Shown piece by piece: positions 18,983 through 29,321 of a stretch of DNA of 64,000 nt. The translations under genes were made by a program, and so were the position numbers. The DNA is from an uncultured Oscillospiraceae bacterium (GTDB lineage Bacteria > Bacillota > Clostridia > Oscillospirales > Acutalibacteraceae): assembly GCA_910587835.1 (NCBI GenBank), contig CAJUNQ010000109.1, positions 440-64,439 on the forward strand, read 5' to 3'. Each line of letters opens with the position of its first letter. Within the stretch, counting starts at the first letter, position 1. The notes under the pieces were generated by a model. That model worked only from the letters and a program-made list of their open reading frames with translations. It had not been told where the DNA came from and searched no databases.

Positions 18983-20090
18983 AGCGACAAAGGCCGAGAA
19001 GAAAAGAGCAAAAAAGGGCGAGGCCGCTGCCGCGGAGGCTCCTGCCGAGGAGGTACTTCTGCCAGAGCTGCCTCTGCAGAGCTCGCTTTTGGACGCCATG
19101 AGCGGCGCGCAGAAGGCTGCGGCGGTCATTGTCTCCCTTGGGGTGGATAAGGCGTCTCAGCTGTACCAGTACATGGAGCCCGAGGATGTGGAAATGATCA
19201 CCATTGAGGTGGCAAAGCTGGGCTATCTGGACGCGGACACCACCGAAGCGGTGCTCAACGAGTACTACCAGATGTGCATGACCAATAAGGCCGTGACCGA
19301 GGGCGGGCTGGAATATGCCCGCACGGTGCTGGAAAAGGCCTTTGGAGCCCAGACCGCGTCCTCGCTGTTGGATAAGGTTACCAAGTCTCTGAAGAACAGA
19401 GAGTTTTCGTTTATGAACAAGGCCGGGGAAAAGGACCTGTTTACGGCGCTGCAGAACGAGCGTCCCCAGACCATTGCCCTGGTGCTGTCCTACATAGAGC
19501 CGGACAAGGCGGCGGCAGTGATTGCCCAGCTGGAGCCGGATATTCAGATTAAGGTGGTGGAGCGCATTGCCAACATGGACAGCGCGTCTCCCACGGCAGT
19601 GAAGATCATCGAGGCGGAGATGTCCAACAAGTTCGCCAATATCTTCAGCAGCAGCAACATCCAGGTGGGCGGCATCGACTTTGTGGCCGATGTGATGAAC
19701 AACGTGGACCGTGTCAGCGAGAAGAGCATTTTCGACGGCCTGTCCATGTACGACGCAGTGCTGGCCGAGGAGATTCGCAAGCGCATGTTCGTGTTCGAGG
19801 ATATTCTCACCATGGACGACCGGTCTGTGCAGCGCTTTGTGCGTGACTGTGACACCCACGACCTGGTGCTGGCCCTCAAGCCCGCCAGTGCGGAGCTGGC
19901 CAACAAGCTGTTCAAGAACATGTCCACCCGTATGGCCGAGTCGATCAAGGACGACCTGGAGATCACCACAAATGTGCGCATGAAGGACGTGGACGACGCC
20001 CAGCAGCGTATTGTGGCGCTTATCCGTGACCTGGAGGCCAAGAACGAGATCATCATTCTCAAGGGTGGCAAGGACGATATTATTGCGTAA
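18972..20090 (+). CDS. fliG: motor switch protein
   Basis: QKAA, GGLEYA, ERPQTIALVLSY, MFVFED. Confidence 0.97.
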   Translation: MADKATKAEKKRAKKGEAAAAEAPAEEVLLPELPLQSSLLDAMSGAQKAAAVIVSLGVDKASQLYQYMEPEDVEMITIEVAKLGYLDADTTEAVLNEYYQMCMTNKAVTEGGLEYARTVLEKAFGAQTASSLLDKVTKSLKNREFSFMNKAGEKDLFTALQNERPQTIALVLSYIEPDKAAAVIAQLEPDIQIKVVERIANMDSASPTAVKIIEAEMSNKFANIFSSSNIQVGGIDFVADVMNNVDRVSEKSIFDGLSMYDAVLAEEIRKRMFVFEDILTMDDRSVQRFVRDCDTHDLVLALKPASAELANKLFKNMSTRMAESIKDDLEITTNVRMKDVDDAQQRIVALIRDLEAKNEIIILKGGKDDIIA

Positions 20091-20217
20091 TAACCGCCGC
20101 TGACAGGGCTTTTCCCAGTCCAAAGGAGGGGCTCTGGGAGCGGGAACCAATTCGAAGTGAGACACAAGGTTGATAAAGCTTACCCCAAGTGGTAAGATGG
20201 TAAGGGAGGTCTTCTGT

Positions 20218-21063
20218 ATGCCGGGTATTTTCAAACGCTTCGTTAATGTGGCGGCTGACAAATATGTCTTTCCGGATGCGGAGGACCTTACTGTTTCCAG
20301 CCCCGAGCCACAGCCGGCTGAGCCGACGACTGAGGCCGGGGAGGAGCAGCCTGCGCCCGAGCCTCCCCCTGAGCCCAAGGAGCCCACGCCGGTGGACTTT
20401 GCCCAGATTCAGGCAGAGGCCATTTTGGCTGACGCGGAGCGGGAGGCCAAGGAGCTGCTGGAAAAGGCTGTGGCTGACGCCCAGGCGGAGCTGGAACAGC
20501 TGCGCAAGGTGGCCCGGGAGGATGGCTATAACATGGGCTTTGCCCAAGGAGTGGCTGAGGGCCGTATGCAGGCCCGCCAGGAGCGGGAGGAGCAGGCTGC
20601 AGCCCAGGAGCGGGAGGTCCAGGCCTTTTTGAAGGAGGCTGTGCGGGCCAGAGACCGCATTCTGGAGGACAGCAAGGATGACCTGAAGGAGCTGGCCTTG
20701 GCCATTGCGGAGAAGGTCATCCGGGTTAGCCTGCGCAGCAGCAGCGGTATTCTCATTCGCATGATTGAGTCGGCCACTGCCAAGCGCCGGCGGTGCGAGT
20801 GGGTGCAGATTTATATTGCGGACTGCGACGCCAGGGCCTCGGCGGAGACCATCCCTGAGCTGACCCAGGCTCTGTCCCGGCTGTCTGAGCGGGTGCGCAT
20901 TATTCCCATGGCGGATGATGAGTCGGGCACCTGCATTATTGAGATGCCGGATGAGATTATTGACGCCAGCGTCTCTACCCAGATGGACACCCTGCGGGGC
21001 ATTGTCACCGGCACGGAGGGCGAACGGGGCAGCTGGCAGACCACAGGTGGCGGCTATGTTTGA
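20218..21063 (+). CDS. fliH: flagellar export protein
   Basis: GxxxG repeats, CIIE....IDAS; between fliG and fliI. Confidence 0.9.
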   Translation: MPGIFKRFVNVAADKYVFPDAEDLTVSSPEPQPAEPTTEAGEEQPAPEPPPEPKEPTPVDFAQIQAEAILADAEREAKELLEKAVADAQAELEQLRKVAREDGYNMGFAQGVAEGRMQARQEREEQAAAQEREVQAFLKEAVRARDRILEDSKDDLKELALAIAEKVIRVSLRSSSGILIRMIESATAKRRRCEWVQIYIADCDARASAETIPELTQALSRLSERVRIIPMADDESGTCIIEMPDEIIDASVSTQMDTLRGIVTGTEGERGSWQTTGGGYV

Positions 21064-22363
21064 GGATACCATCAAGCAGGTGCGGCAGGCTGAGACCATC
21101 GGCCACACCGGCAAAATAGAAAACATCGTAGGCATGTCCATCGAGGCCAGCGGCGGCAGGGCAGCTGTCGGAGATATATGCCGTATATATAGCGGGGAAT
21201 CCGGAGGGCAGATACCAGCAGAGGTAGTCGGCTTTAAAAATGACCGGATGCTCCTGATGCCCTATGGGGAGATGACCGGAATTTCTTCCGGCAATTTTGT
21301 GCGCAACACGGGGCATCAGCTGCGGCTGCGGGTGGGACCCTTTCTCAAGGGGCGCATCATCAACGCCCTGGGCCAGCCCATTGACGACAAGGCCCCCTTT
21401 GAGGGGGGCGATACATATTTTTTGGGCAGCAGCTACATCAACCCTTTGACCCGGCCTCCCATTCGGGAGCGTATGGAGTTTGGGGTAAAAGCCATTGACA
21501 GTCTGCTGACTATTGGCAAGGGCCAGCGTATGGGCATTTTCGCAGGCTCTGGCGTGGGCAAGAGCACCTTGATGGGGATGATTGCCAAGTATGTGAAGGC
21601 GGACATCAACGTGATTGCCCTGGTGGGGGAGCGCGGTCGTGAGGTGCTGGAATTTGTGGAAAAGGACCTGGGCGAGGAGGGAATGCGCCGCTCTGTGTTG
21701 GTGGTGGCCACCTCGGACCAGCCGGCCATGCTGCGGAAGAAATGCCCCACCGTGGCCACAGGGATTGCGGAGTATTTCCGGGACCAGGGCCTGGACGTGC
21801 TGCTGATGATGGACTCGCTGACCCGCTTCGCCATGGCCCAGCGGGAGGTGGGACTTGCCATCGGCGAGCCGCCGGTGTCCCGGGGCTATACGCCGTCTAT
21901 TTACGCGGAGCTGCCCAAGCTGCTGGAACGCAGCGGCAACTTCAAAAAGGGCTCGATTACCGGCATTTACACGGTGCTGGTGGAGGGCGATGACACCAAC
22001 GAGCCCATTGCCGACACGGTGCGGGGCATTCTGGACGGGCATATTGTGCTGAGCCGGAGCCTGGCCGCGGCCAACCATTACCCAGCCATTGACGTGGGGG
22101 CCAGCATCTCCCGTTTGATGGTGGAGTTGGTGGACGACCGGCACAAGCAGCTGGCCTCGCGGCTGCGGGATATTATGAGCACCTACAATCAGAATGCGGA
22201 CTTGGTTTCTATTGGTGCGTATAAGGCGGGGACGAACCCTAAGCTGGACTTTGCGCTGACAAAAATTGACAAGATTAACGAGTTTTTGAAGCAGGGGACA
22301 GAGGAAGCTTTTACTTACGAGCAATGCGTGGACCAGATGAACCGCATTCTTGCGGGAAGATAA
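21056..22363 (+). CDS. fliI: flagellar export ATPase
   Basis: GIFAGSGVGKST, GERGREV, DGHIVLSR. Confidence 0.97.
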   Translation: MFEDTIKQVRQAETIGHTGKIENIVGMSIEASGGRAAVGDICRIYSGESGGQIPAEVVGFKNDRMLLMPYGEMTGISSGNFVRNTGHQLRLRVGPFLKGRIINALGQPIDDKAPFEGGDTYFLGSSYINPLTRPPIRERMEFGVKAIDSLLTIGKGQRMGIFAGSGVGKSTLMGMIAKYVKADINVIALVGERGREVLEFVEKDLGEEGMRRSVLVVATSDQPAMLRKKCPTVATGIAEYFRDQGLDVLLMMDSLTRFAMAQREVGLAIGEPPVSRGYTPSIYAELPKLLERSGNFKKGSITGIYTVLVEGDDTNEPIADTVRGILDGHIVLSRSLAAANHYPAIDVGASISRLMVELVDDRHKQLASRLRDIMSTYNQNADLVSIGAYKAGTNPKLDFALTKIDKINEFLKQGTEEAFTYEQCVDQMNRILAGR

Positions 22364-22640
22364 GGAAAAGTGGGGGGCGGCTGGTTGCTGTGCCGCCAGC
22401 TTGCCGGTAACAATGATGCGCCCATGGGCAAGAGGCCCGGTGGGGCGGCAGTATTTCTTCATATATAGTGGGACGGGGCACGGCTGTGTCCCTTGAAACG
22501 CCGGTAGGCCGGGATGTATGTATGCCCGGGCAGCGGTGAAGGACGGTCTTTTCGTATGGGCCGGCAGGAGCTGGTCAGGAACCGGCGGCGTTTGCTGTCA
22601 TAATATATAAGAGAGCCATTTTATTTGTAGAAAGAGGGCG

Positions 22641-23105
22641 ATGGCCATGAAGAAGTTCAAGTTTCAGCTGGACACGGTGCTTCGGTATAAAAACCAGGTG
22701 CTGGATATCCGGCTGGCGGAGCATGGCTCGGCGTTGGCGGCGGTACGCCGTCAGGAGGCTGTGCTGGAGCAGGCCCGGCGGAACCGGATCGCCTGCGAGG
22801 AAGAGTACCGGCGGAAGAAGGCCGAGGGAATCACCATCGCGGATTCCATGAAGTATGAGACCGGTATTGAGGTATTGGAGCGCCGGGTGCAGCGGGAGGC
22901 AGGGCTTCTTAAGGAGCTGCAGAAGGCCGAGGAGGAGAAACGCCGGCTGCTGGTGGAGGCCAGACAGGAGACCCAGTCGCTGGAAAAGCTGAAGGACATA
23001 AAGAGAGGCGAGTATGACGCGGCTGTGGCAAAGGCCGAGGAGAAGGAGATTGACGACCTGGTGATGGCCCGCCGTTCTGCCGCTGTGCAGGAGGGCGCGC
23101 TGTGA
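22641..23105 (+). CDS. fliJ: flagellar export chaperone
   Basis: KKFKFQLDTVL, coiled coil, EKLK...EIDD. Confidence 0.9.
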   Translation: MAMKKFKFQLDTVLRYKNQVLDIRLAEHGSALAAVRRQEAVLEQARRNRIACEEEYRRKKAEGITIADSMKYETGIEVLERRVQREAGLLKELQKAEEEKRRLLVEARQETQSLEKLKDIKRGEYDAAVAKAEEKEIDDLVMARRSAAVQEGAL

Positions 23106-23192
23106 GGACCCGCCGGATAAACAGGAGTATAAGGCCCGAAAAGAACTTTGGGCATAACATATAGCATATACATAGAAAAGGAGGTGGACGAA

Positions 23193-24365
23193 ATGAACTT
23201 AGATCTGTTGATCCAAGGAGTGGCTGCGGATATCATTCACAATGTGCAGACCACAGTGCCCGGAGACTCTGGCAGCGAGGAGGAGGATTTTGAGGCCATG
23301 CTGCTGAAGCAGAGTCAGGCCGCGAAGCCCCAGCGCAAGGAGGAAGCCCCTAAGGACAAGGCCGACGGGAAGCAGGAGACGGAAGAGTCCCAGAAAAACA
23401 GCACCAAAGGTCAGGAGACCACAGAGAAGGGCCAGGAGGTGGCCGCGGCTCTTGTGACCTCTCAGCCTGTGGTGCCGTTTGAGCTTGTGGCTGGCGCCGG
23501 TGAGAACACCGCAGCCGTCGGGCTGGAGGGCGCTGTTCAGTCGCCTGTGCTGACGGACGCTGCTGTTTGGGTGGAAGACGCCCCCGTGCGGACGGAGGAG
23601 GTCCAGCCCGGCCTGGTGCAGGAGGCCCAGCCTCAGACCCAGGAGAGCCTGGGCGAAATGGGGACGCTGCCCCAGACCCAGGTCCTGCCCCTGCCTGAGA
23701 ACCAGGAGGTGCAGGAGCAGCCCATGCTTCAGCCGGAGGGTCCGGAGCTTCCTGAGGCTGTGCAGCCTGTGGAGACCAAGGAGCAGGCAGCTGCCTTTAC
23801 ACAGGTTCAGCCAGAGGGCGGGGAGCCCCGGCGGACCGAGGAGGAAGGGCAGGTGACCGACGCTTCTGTGGGAGCCCAGCCCCTGTTCCAGCGGGAGACC
23901 GCTACGCCGGTGAAGGTGGCTGACCCCGAGCCGGTGTATGCCGAGGAGCCCGAGGCCCCCCAGCAGCTGGCGGCAAAGCTCAGCCAGGCATTGGAGCGGG
24001 GAGATTCCATGGTGCAGCTACAGCTGACTCCGGAGAGCCTGGGCAAGCTGACCGTGGAGATTACCCGGACGGCCCAGGGCCAGCTGAGCGTTGTGCTCAC
24101 CCCGGAGACAGCCAAGGCGGCAAGCCTTTTGCAGCAGCACAGCGGTTCGCTGTTGAGTGCGCTGATGGGCGATGGCCGTGAGGCGGAGATTATCGTGCAG
24201 CAGCCCCAGCAGCCGGAGACACCCAACCAGTTTTTGAACCCGGACGGGCAGAACCGGCAGCAGCACCAGCAGCAACAGCAGCAGCACAGGCCCAAGGGGA
24301 CTACCGAGGACTTTTTGCAGCAGCTGCGGCTGGGTCTGGTGGACGCGGGCGCACAGGTGGACTGA
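23193..24365 (+). CDS. fliK: hook-length control protein
   Basis: Disordered E/Q/P-rich N-terminal part; LQLTPESLGKLTV. Confidence 0.88.
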   Translation: MNLDLLIQGVAADIIHNVQTTVPGDSGSEEEDFEAMLLKQSQAAKPQRKEEAPKDKADGKQETEESQKNSTKGQETTEKGQEVAAALVTSQPVVPFELVAGAGENTAAVGLEGAVQSPVLTDAAVWVEDAPVRTEEVQPGLVQEAQPQTQESLGEMGTLPQTQVLPLPENQEVQEQPMLQPEGPELPEAVQPVETKEQAAAFTQVQPEGGEPRRTEEEGQVTDASVGAQPLFQRETATPVKVADPEPVYAEEPEAPQQLAAKLSQALERGDSMVQLQLTPESLGKLTVEITRTAQGQLSVVLTPETAKAASLLQQHSGSLLSALMGDGREAEIIVQQPQQPETPNQFLNPDGQNRQQHQQQQQQHRPKGTTEDFLQQLRLGLVDAGAQVD

Positions 24366-24505
24366 ACGCCCGGTCAGAGGCCGGGCAGAGAGAAGGGGCT
24401 GGCTGCCCACCCAGGGCCTAAATAGGTCCGGCGGAGGGCGGAGTGGCTCTGTCAGTCAACCCTGGCGCGGGCACCAAAAATTTACAGTAGAAAGGCGGGA
24501 AGACC

Positions 24506-25117
24506 ATGCCAACAGGCGCGACAGCCGGAATGAGCGATTTGGCCAACCGGCTTGGCACCACGGCCAATGTGGCCAGAAAGGCCCAGAATTCTACCAACAA
24601 GAAGGCTGGTAAGGAGCTGGACATGAACGACTTTCTCACCCTGATGGTCGCCATGTTCCAGAACCAGGATATTGACAATGCCGCCTCGACCACCGACATG
24701 ATGAACCAGATGGTACAGATGTCTGTGGTGCAGGCCATTACCAACATCAGCACGCTGATTGACGACTCTACGGTGCTGACCTATGCCGCCTCTTTGGTGG
24801 GCAAGGAGGTCACGGTAGGACAGTATGTAGGCAAGGAGCTTAAGGAGATTGTAGGCGTTGTCACCGGCACCGGCACCCTGAACGGGCAGCAGGTTATTTT
24901 CATCGGGGACGAGAGCTATTATCTCAACGACGTGATGGCTGTGGGCCGTCTGCCGGACAAGGGCACGGACCTGAACCCGGACGGCAGCGAGGACAAGGAC
25001 GATTCTACCGACCCGGTGGACCCGGATAAGCCCACGGACCCGACAGACCCGGATCAGCCGGTGGACCCTGAAAAGCCCACGGACCCGGACGCTACGGAGC
25101 CAGAGCAGGCGGTTTAG
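24506..25117 (+). CDS. flgD: hook capping protein
   Basis: DFLTLMVAMFQNQD, AASLVGKEV; D/P-rich tail. Confidence 0.93.
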   Translation: MPTGATAGMSDLANRLGTTANVARKAQNSTNKKAGKELDMNDFLTLMVAMFQNQDIDNAASTTDMMNQMVQMSVVQAITNISTLIDDSTVLTYAASLVGKEVTVGQYVGKELKEIVGVVTGTGTLNGQQVIFIGDESYYLNDVMAVGRLPDKGTDLNPDGSEDKDDSTDPVDPDKPTDPTDPDQPVDPEKPTDPDATEPEQAV

Positions 25118-25133
25118 AACGGAGGTTGAGGGT

Positions 25134-25538
25134 ATGATAGACCGGGTAAAGGGCGTGGGGCAGGTCATGCCCGTGGGGCAAACGCCCCCGCAGGCCCATG
25201 CCCCAGGCGCAAAGGCCAGCTTTGGCGAGATTATGAGCCAGGTGCGGCAGGAGAGCGTTCAGCCCAGCGCGCCCCCTCAGAGCCAGGGCATCAACTTTTC
25301 AAAGCACGCCATGAGCCGGGCGGAGGAGCGGGGCATTGAACTGACCCCGGCCCTGATGCAGCAGCTGGCGGGCTCGGTGGAAAAGGCCCAGGAGAAGGGC
25401 GCGAAGAACATTCTGGCGTTTAACGCCACCCAGGCCTTCATCATCAATGTGCCTTTTGGGCGGGTGATTACCACCATGAACCAGGAGGAGATGAAGGAGA
25501 ACGTTTTTACCAACATCGACGGCGCGGTTTTGATTTAG
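25134..25538 (+). CDS. flagellar operon protein (TIGR02530-like)
   Basis: FSKHA..R...RGI and VFTNIDGAV motifs. Confidence 0.88.
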   Translation: MIDRVKGVGQVMPVGQTPPQAHAPGAKASFGEIMSQVRQESVQPSAPPQSQGINFSKHAMSRAEERGIELTPALMQQLAGSVEKAQEKGAKNILAFNATQAFIINVPFGRVITTMNQEEMKENVFTNIDGAVLI

Positions 25539-25691
25539 CCGGACCCTTGGGCTGACCTTTGTCAGCCGCTGGGAGGCTTGGGGGCGGGCCCGAATGGCCT
25601 GCCCCGGACCGCCGCGACTTACGCAAATTTTTTCGTTTCGCGGAACAGAGGGGAGAGGCTCCCTGCTGAAAGCCGCGGGAAAGGATAGAGA

Positions 25692-26960
25692 ATGACAGGT
25701 GCAATGTATGCGGCCGTAGCCGGACTGAAAGCGCACATGAGCGCTTTGAACGTCATCGGCCAGAATATTTCTAACGTGAACACCAACGCCTATAAGGCCA
25801 CCCGCTACACCTTTTTGGAGGCCCTTTACACCACGGTGCGGGGCGGCAGTAACGGCTCGAACCAAGTGGGCGGCAGAAACCCGGCCCAGAACGGCTACGG
25901 CTCTTCCATCGGAACCATCGACCTGGACATGAGCACGAAGAACTACACGCCCACGGGCATGGCTACCGACATAATGATTGACGGCGACGGCTTTTTGATT
26001 GTGGGCGACAAGACCTCTGCCTTTGGCGAGACAGGAAATAAAGAGCTGAAGGACATGTACTTGACCCGTTTGGGTAATCTGGGGATTGACCCCGATGGTT
26101 ACCTGGTAGACGGTCAGGGTCAGGTGATATATGGATTCCTGTCAGTAGCGAACCCCATTTATGCAGAATATATGACACCGGGAGGTGCCAACAGCTTAAT
26201 CAATCAGGATGGCACTCCAAAACCTGATGCAATTTGGGATCCGACAAAGCAGGGGGCAACAGAGGGTTATTACCTTGATGAAGACAGACAGCTTATTAAG
26301 GTAACAAATGAGGGTACAGATACGGACCCGAAATGGAAGACTACAGTTGTTGATGAATACACCCCCGCGCCGGTATTGACAGCTATCCGCCTGCCCATGC
26401 AGGATGCAGACGGCAAGGCGGTCTACCCGGAATGGGACTTGAAGGATGGCAGCCCTACGAAGGGCCAGATTGTAGACGGCACGGGCGTTAAACGTGTTAG
26501 CCGGGATAGTATCAGCATCGACGAGAACACGGGACGCATTACCCTGACAACGGCCAAGGGCGAGGCAGTGGTGGTAGGTTCCATCGCCATTGCCAAGGTA
26601 GAAAACCCCAACGGCGTGACCCATGTGGACGGTCACTACTATCAGGCTTTGGAAGGCGCGGGCGACATCCGACTGACCTCAGTGGGTCATTCTGTAGTAA
26701 ACAGTAACGACCCTGACAGCCCCTTCTATAAAAAAGATCCGAATAATCCTGACGCAGCGGTAACTCAGCAAGATGGGGAAATTGCCATTGAGTCTTCCGG
26801 CGGCACCAAGCTTATCAGCGGCGGCCTGGAGAGCAGCGGCACGGACCTGGCCAGCGAGATCAGCAACATGATTATGATTCAGCGCGGCTATCAGGCCAAC
26901 ACCCGCATTGTCACCGTAACCGACAGTATGCTGGAAGAGCTGGTGAACATGAAGCGCTGA
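25692..26960 (+). CDS. flgE: flagellar hook protein
   Basis: NISNVNT.AYK; LESS.TDLASE..QRGYQANTR. Confidence 0.93.
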   Translation: MTGAMYAAVAGLKAHMSALNVIGQNISNVNTNAYKATRYTFLEALYTTVRGGSNGSNQVGGRNPAQNGYGSSIGTIDLDMSTKNYTPTGMATDIMIDGDGFLIVGDKTSAFGETGNKELKDMYLTRLGNLGIDPDGYLVDGQGQVIYGFLSVANPIYAEYMTPGGANSLINQDGTPKPDAIWDPTKQGATEGYYLDEDRQLIKVTNEGTDTDPKWKTTVVDEYTPAPVLTAIRLPMQDADGKAVYPEWDLKDGSPTKGQIVDGTGVKRVSRDSISIDENTGRITLTTAKGEAVVVGSIAIAKVENPNGVTHVDGHYYQALEGAGDIRLTSVGHSVVNSNDPDSPFYKKDPNNPDAAVTQQDGEIAIESSGGTKLISGGLESSGTDLASEISNMIMIQRGYQANTRIVTVTDSMLEELVNMKR

Positions 26961-27081
26961 TAGACTGGGCGCAGCTTGACGGAATGGAACATATGAGCAA
27001 GTAAAGGGAGTTATGCCCCCGCGCCGGGGGAGGGCAGGGGCCCTCCCCTTTGGCGGGGCTTATCAGAAGGAGGAGCGCTTT

Positions 27082-27345
27082 ATGATTATGCTGACCAAGA
27101 CCAGCGGTGAGAAATTTTTGGTGAACCACCTGCAGATCGAGTGCATCGAGCTGATTCCTGAGACAAAGATTGTGATGATGAACCGGGACTTTTATCTGGT
27201 GATGGAGTCGGTGCAGGACATTGTGGGCCGCATTGCGGACTATAATGCCAAGGTGCAGGACATCCACCGCATGGTGACTGTGAACGAGGAGCCCAAGGCA
27301 GTTCCCAACCGGGGCGGCGCACAGAGGCCGGGCTTCCGCAGGTGA
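27082..27345 (+). CDS. flbD: FlbD/SwrD family protein
   Basis: MIMLTK..G..FLVN...IE.IE..PETKI. Confidence 0.88.
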   Translation: MIMLTKTSGEKFLVNHLQIECIELIPETKIVMMNRDFYLVMESVQDIVGRIADYNAKVQDIHRMVTVNEEPKAVPNRGGAQRPGFRR

Positions 27346-27422
27346 CGGTGAAAAAACGGGAGACACAGTGAACAAGCGGCCAACAGACCGTGAAGAAATT
27401 CTAAAGTGAAGGTGAACGCCCT

Positions 27423-28235
27423 ATGAATATTGGATATTTGATCGGCCTGGTGGTGGCTATAGGGGTCATGGTGCTGGGCATGGCAAACGGCTTCCCGCCC
27501 TATGAATTTGAAAAGATAGGGAACTTTGGCGACGGCTCCAGCGTTATGATTGTTATCGGCTGTACCGTCTTCATCCTCATGGCCAGCTTCCCCCTTAAGA
27601 CCTTTCTCAGCATCCCCAAGCACTTTGGGGTGATGATGAAAAACCCCAAGCAGAAGCCGGAGAACATCATCAACTCTTTGGTGGACCTGGCTCAGATTGC
27701 CCGTAAGGACGGCCTGCTGGCCCTGGAAGAGAAGGCCAACGACCAGGAGGACCCCTTCTTTAAGCAGGCGATTATGCTGATTGTGGACGCCAACGACCCG
27801 GACCGGGTGCGCGCCACCCTGGAAAACGACATTGAGTGCATGTCTGACCGGCACAACGCGGCGGCGGCCATGTATGACAAGGCCTCGGCCATTGCGCCGG
27901 CCTTCGGCATGGTGGGCACCTTGATCGGCTTGATTAACATGCTGAAAAACATGGACCCCACCTCAGGGTCCAGCAACATTGGCGCGGACATGAGCGTGGC
28001 CTTGATTACCACCCTGTACGGCTGTATTCTGGCCCACATGGTGTTCGGCCCGGTGGCCAACAACCTGCGAATCCGCGACAGCGAGGAGGTCCTCAACAAG
28101 ATGATCATTGTGGAGGGCATCACTTGCATTCAGGCCGGTGAAAACCCCAAGATGCTGCGGGAAAAGCTGCTGACCTTTGTGGCCCAGAAGCAGCGTGAGA
28201 AAATGGGCGAGGGCTCTGGCGGCGGCGAAGGATGA
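27423..28235 (+). CDS. motA: stator protein A
   Basis: ARKDGLLALE, APAFGMVGTLIGL, ALITTLYG. Confidence 0.96.
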   Translation: MNIGYLIGLVVAIGVMVLGMANGFPPYEFEKIGNFGDGSSVMIVIGCTVFILMASFPLKTFLSIPKHFGVMMKNPKQKPENIINSLVDLAQIARKDGLLALEEKANDQEDPFFKQAIMLIVDANDPDRVRATLENDIECMSDRHNAAAAMYDKASAIAPAFGMVGTLIGLINMLKNMDPTSGSSNIGADMSVALITTLYGCILAHMVFGPVANNLRIRDSEEVLNKMIIVEGITCIQAGENPKMLREKLLTFVAQKQREKMGEGSGGGEG

Positions 28236-28277
28236 GGACATTTCCAATTCTTTCCTTCTGAAAGCACAGGTATGGGC

Positions 28278-28307
28278 TTGACGGGAGGGGCAGTTATTTG
28301 TTATAAT
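28278..28307 (+). promoter_or_regulatory. internal sigma-A promoter between motA and motB
   Basis: TTGACG-18-TATAAT with extended TG. Confidence 0.6.
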
Positions 28308-28396
28308 AGTACGATGCAAGGGAAAGCCGGCCTGTGGCCCCGGGATGGGGCGGGGGCCGGGAGACTATCTGTCAGGAATGGAGGTGTCTGGCTGAG

Positions 28397-29317
28397 ATGA
28401 AGAAAAAGGGCGGAGGCGGCGAAGGCGGCGGCGCAAACTGGATGGACACCTACGGTGACATGGTGACGCTGCTGCTGTGCTTCTTTGTGCTGCTCTACTC
28501 CATGTCGACCATAAACGAGGATAAATGGAAGGCCGCGGCCATAAGCTTTAACCCCAATGCGGTGACCACGCCCACGGCGCCGGAGTTCGGGACCAGCAGC
28601 GGTCCTTTTCAGGACCCTGACGAGACTGGCGACCCAGGTGTAACTGACCCGGCGGAGCTGGAGGAGGCCGAGAAGGAAAAGGAGCAGGAAGAGACTGACC
28701 AGGCCATTGAGCAGCTCTACCAGATGATGAAGGAATACATTGAGAAGTCGGGCAAGAATGTGGAGATTACCAAGGGCGACGGCGGCGTGTTTTTGTCTTT
28801 TGCCAACGCGGTGTTCTTTGACGGGGACAGCGACGTGCTGCGGCAGGATGGCAAGGAGATGCTGGATGTTCTGGCGCCTATGCTCAGCCAGGCTGCGGAG
28901 CATATCGACGAAATCCGCATTCTGGGCCACACAGCCCAGGCCAGCGCCACAGAGGCAAACACCACAGAGGGCGACCGCATGCTGGCGGCCACCCGGGCGG
29001 CCCGGGTAACGGCGTATCTTCAGGACCGGGTGACCGGACTGAGCGCGGGCCGGTTGGTGAGCGAGGGCTATGGCCAGTTCCGGCCTGTGGCTCCCAACGA
29101 TGTGGAGGAGAACCGGAGAAAGAACCGCCGGGTGGAGATGATCATCACCGGCAAGGACCTGATGAACGAGCTGGGCGGTACGTTGGAGCAATATGAGACC
29201 ATACGAGAGAATGGCCCCTCCAAGGCCAGCGTAGAGGATAAGGACGAGGCGTCGGATCAGGGACAGTCCCAGAGCAGCAGCCAGACGGAGTCCAGCGCCG
29301 CGGGCGGGGAGGGTTAG
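28397..29317 (+). CDS. motB: stator protein B
   Basis: WMDTYGDMVTLLLCFFVLL; OmpA-like domain (GHT, NRRVE). Confidence 0.96.
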   Translation: MKKKGGGGEGGGANWMDTYGDMVTLLLCFFVLLYSMSTINEDKWKAAAISFNPNAVTTPTAPEFGTSSGPFQDPDETGDPGVTDPAELEEAEKEKEQEETDQAIEQLYQMMKEYIEKSGKNVEITKGDGGVFLSFANAVFFDGDSDVLRQDGKEMLDVLAPMLSQAAEHIDEIRILGHTAQASATEANTTEGDRMLAATRAARVTAYLQDRVTGLSAGRLVSEGYGQFRPVAPNDVEENRRKNRRVEMIITGKDLMNELGGTLEQYETIRENGPSKASVEDKDEASDQGQSQSSSQTESSAAGGEG

Positions 29318-29321
29318 GCCA

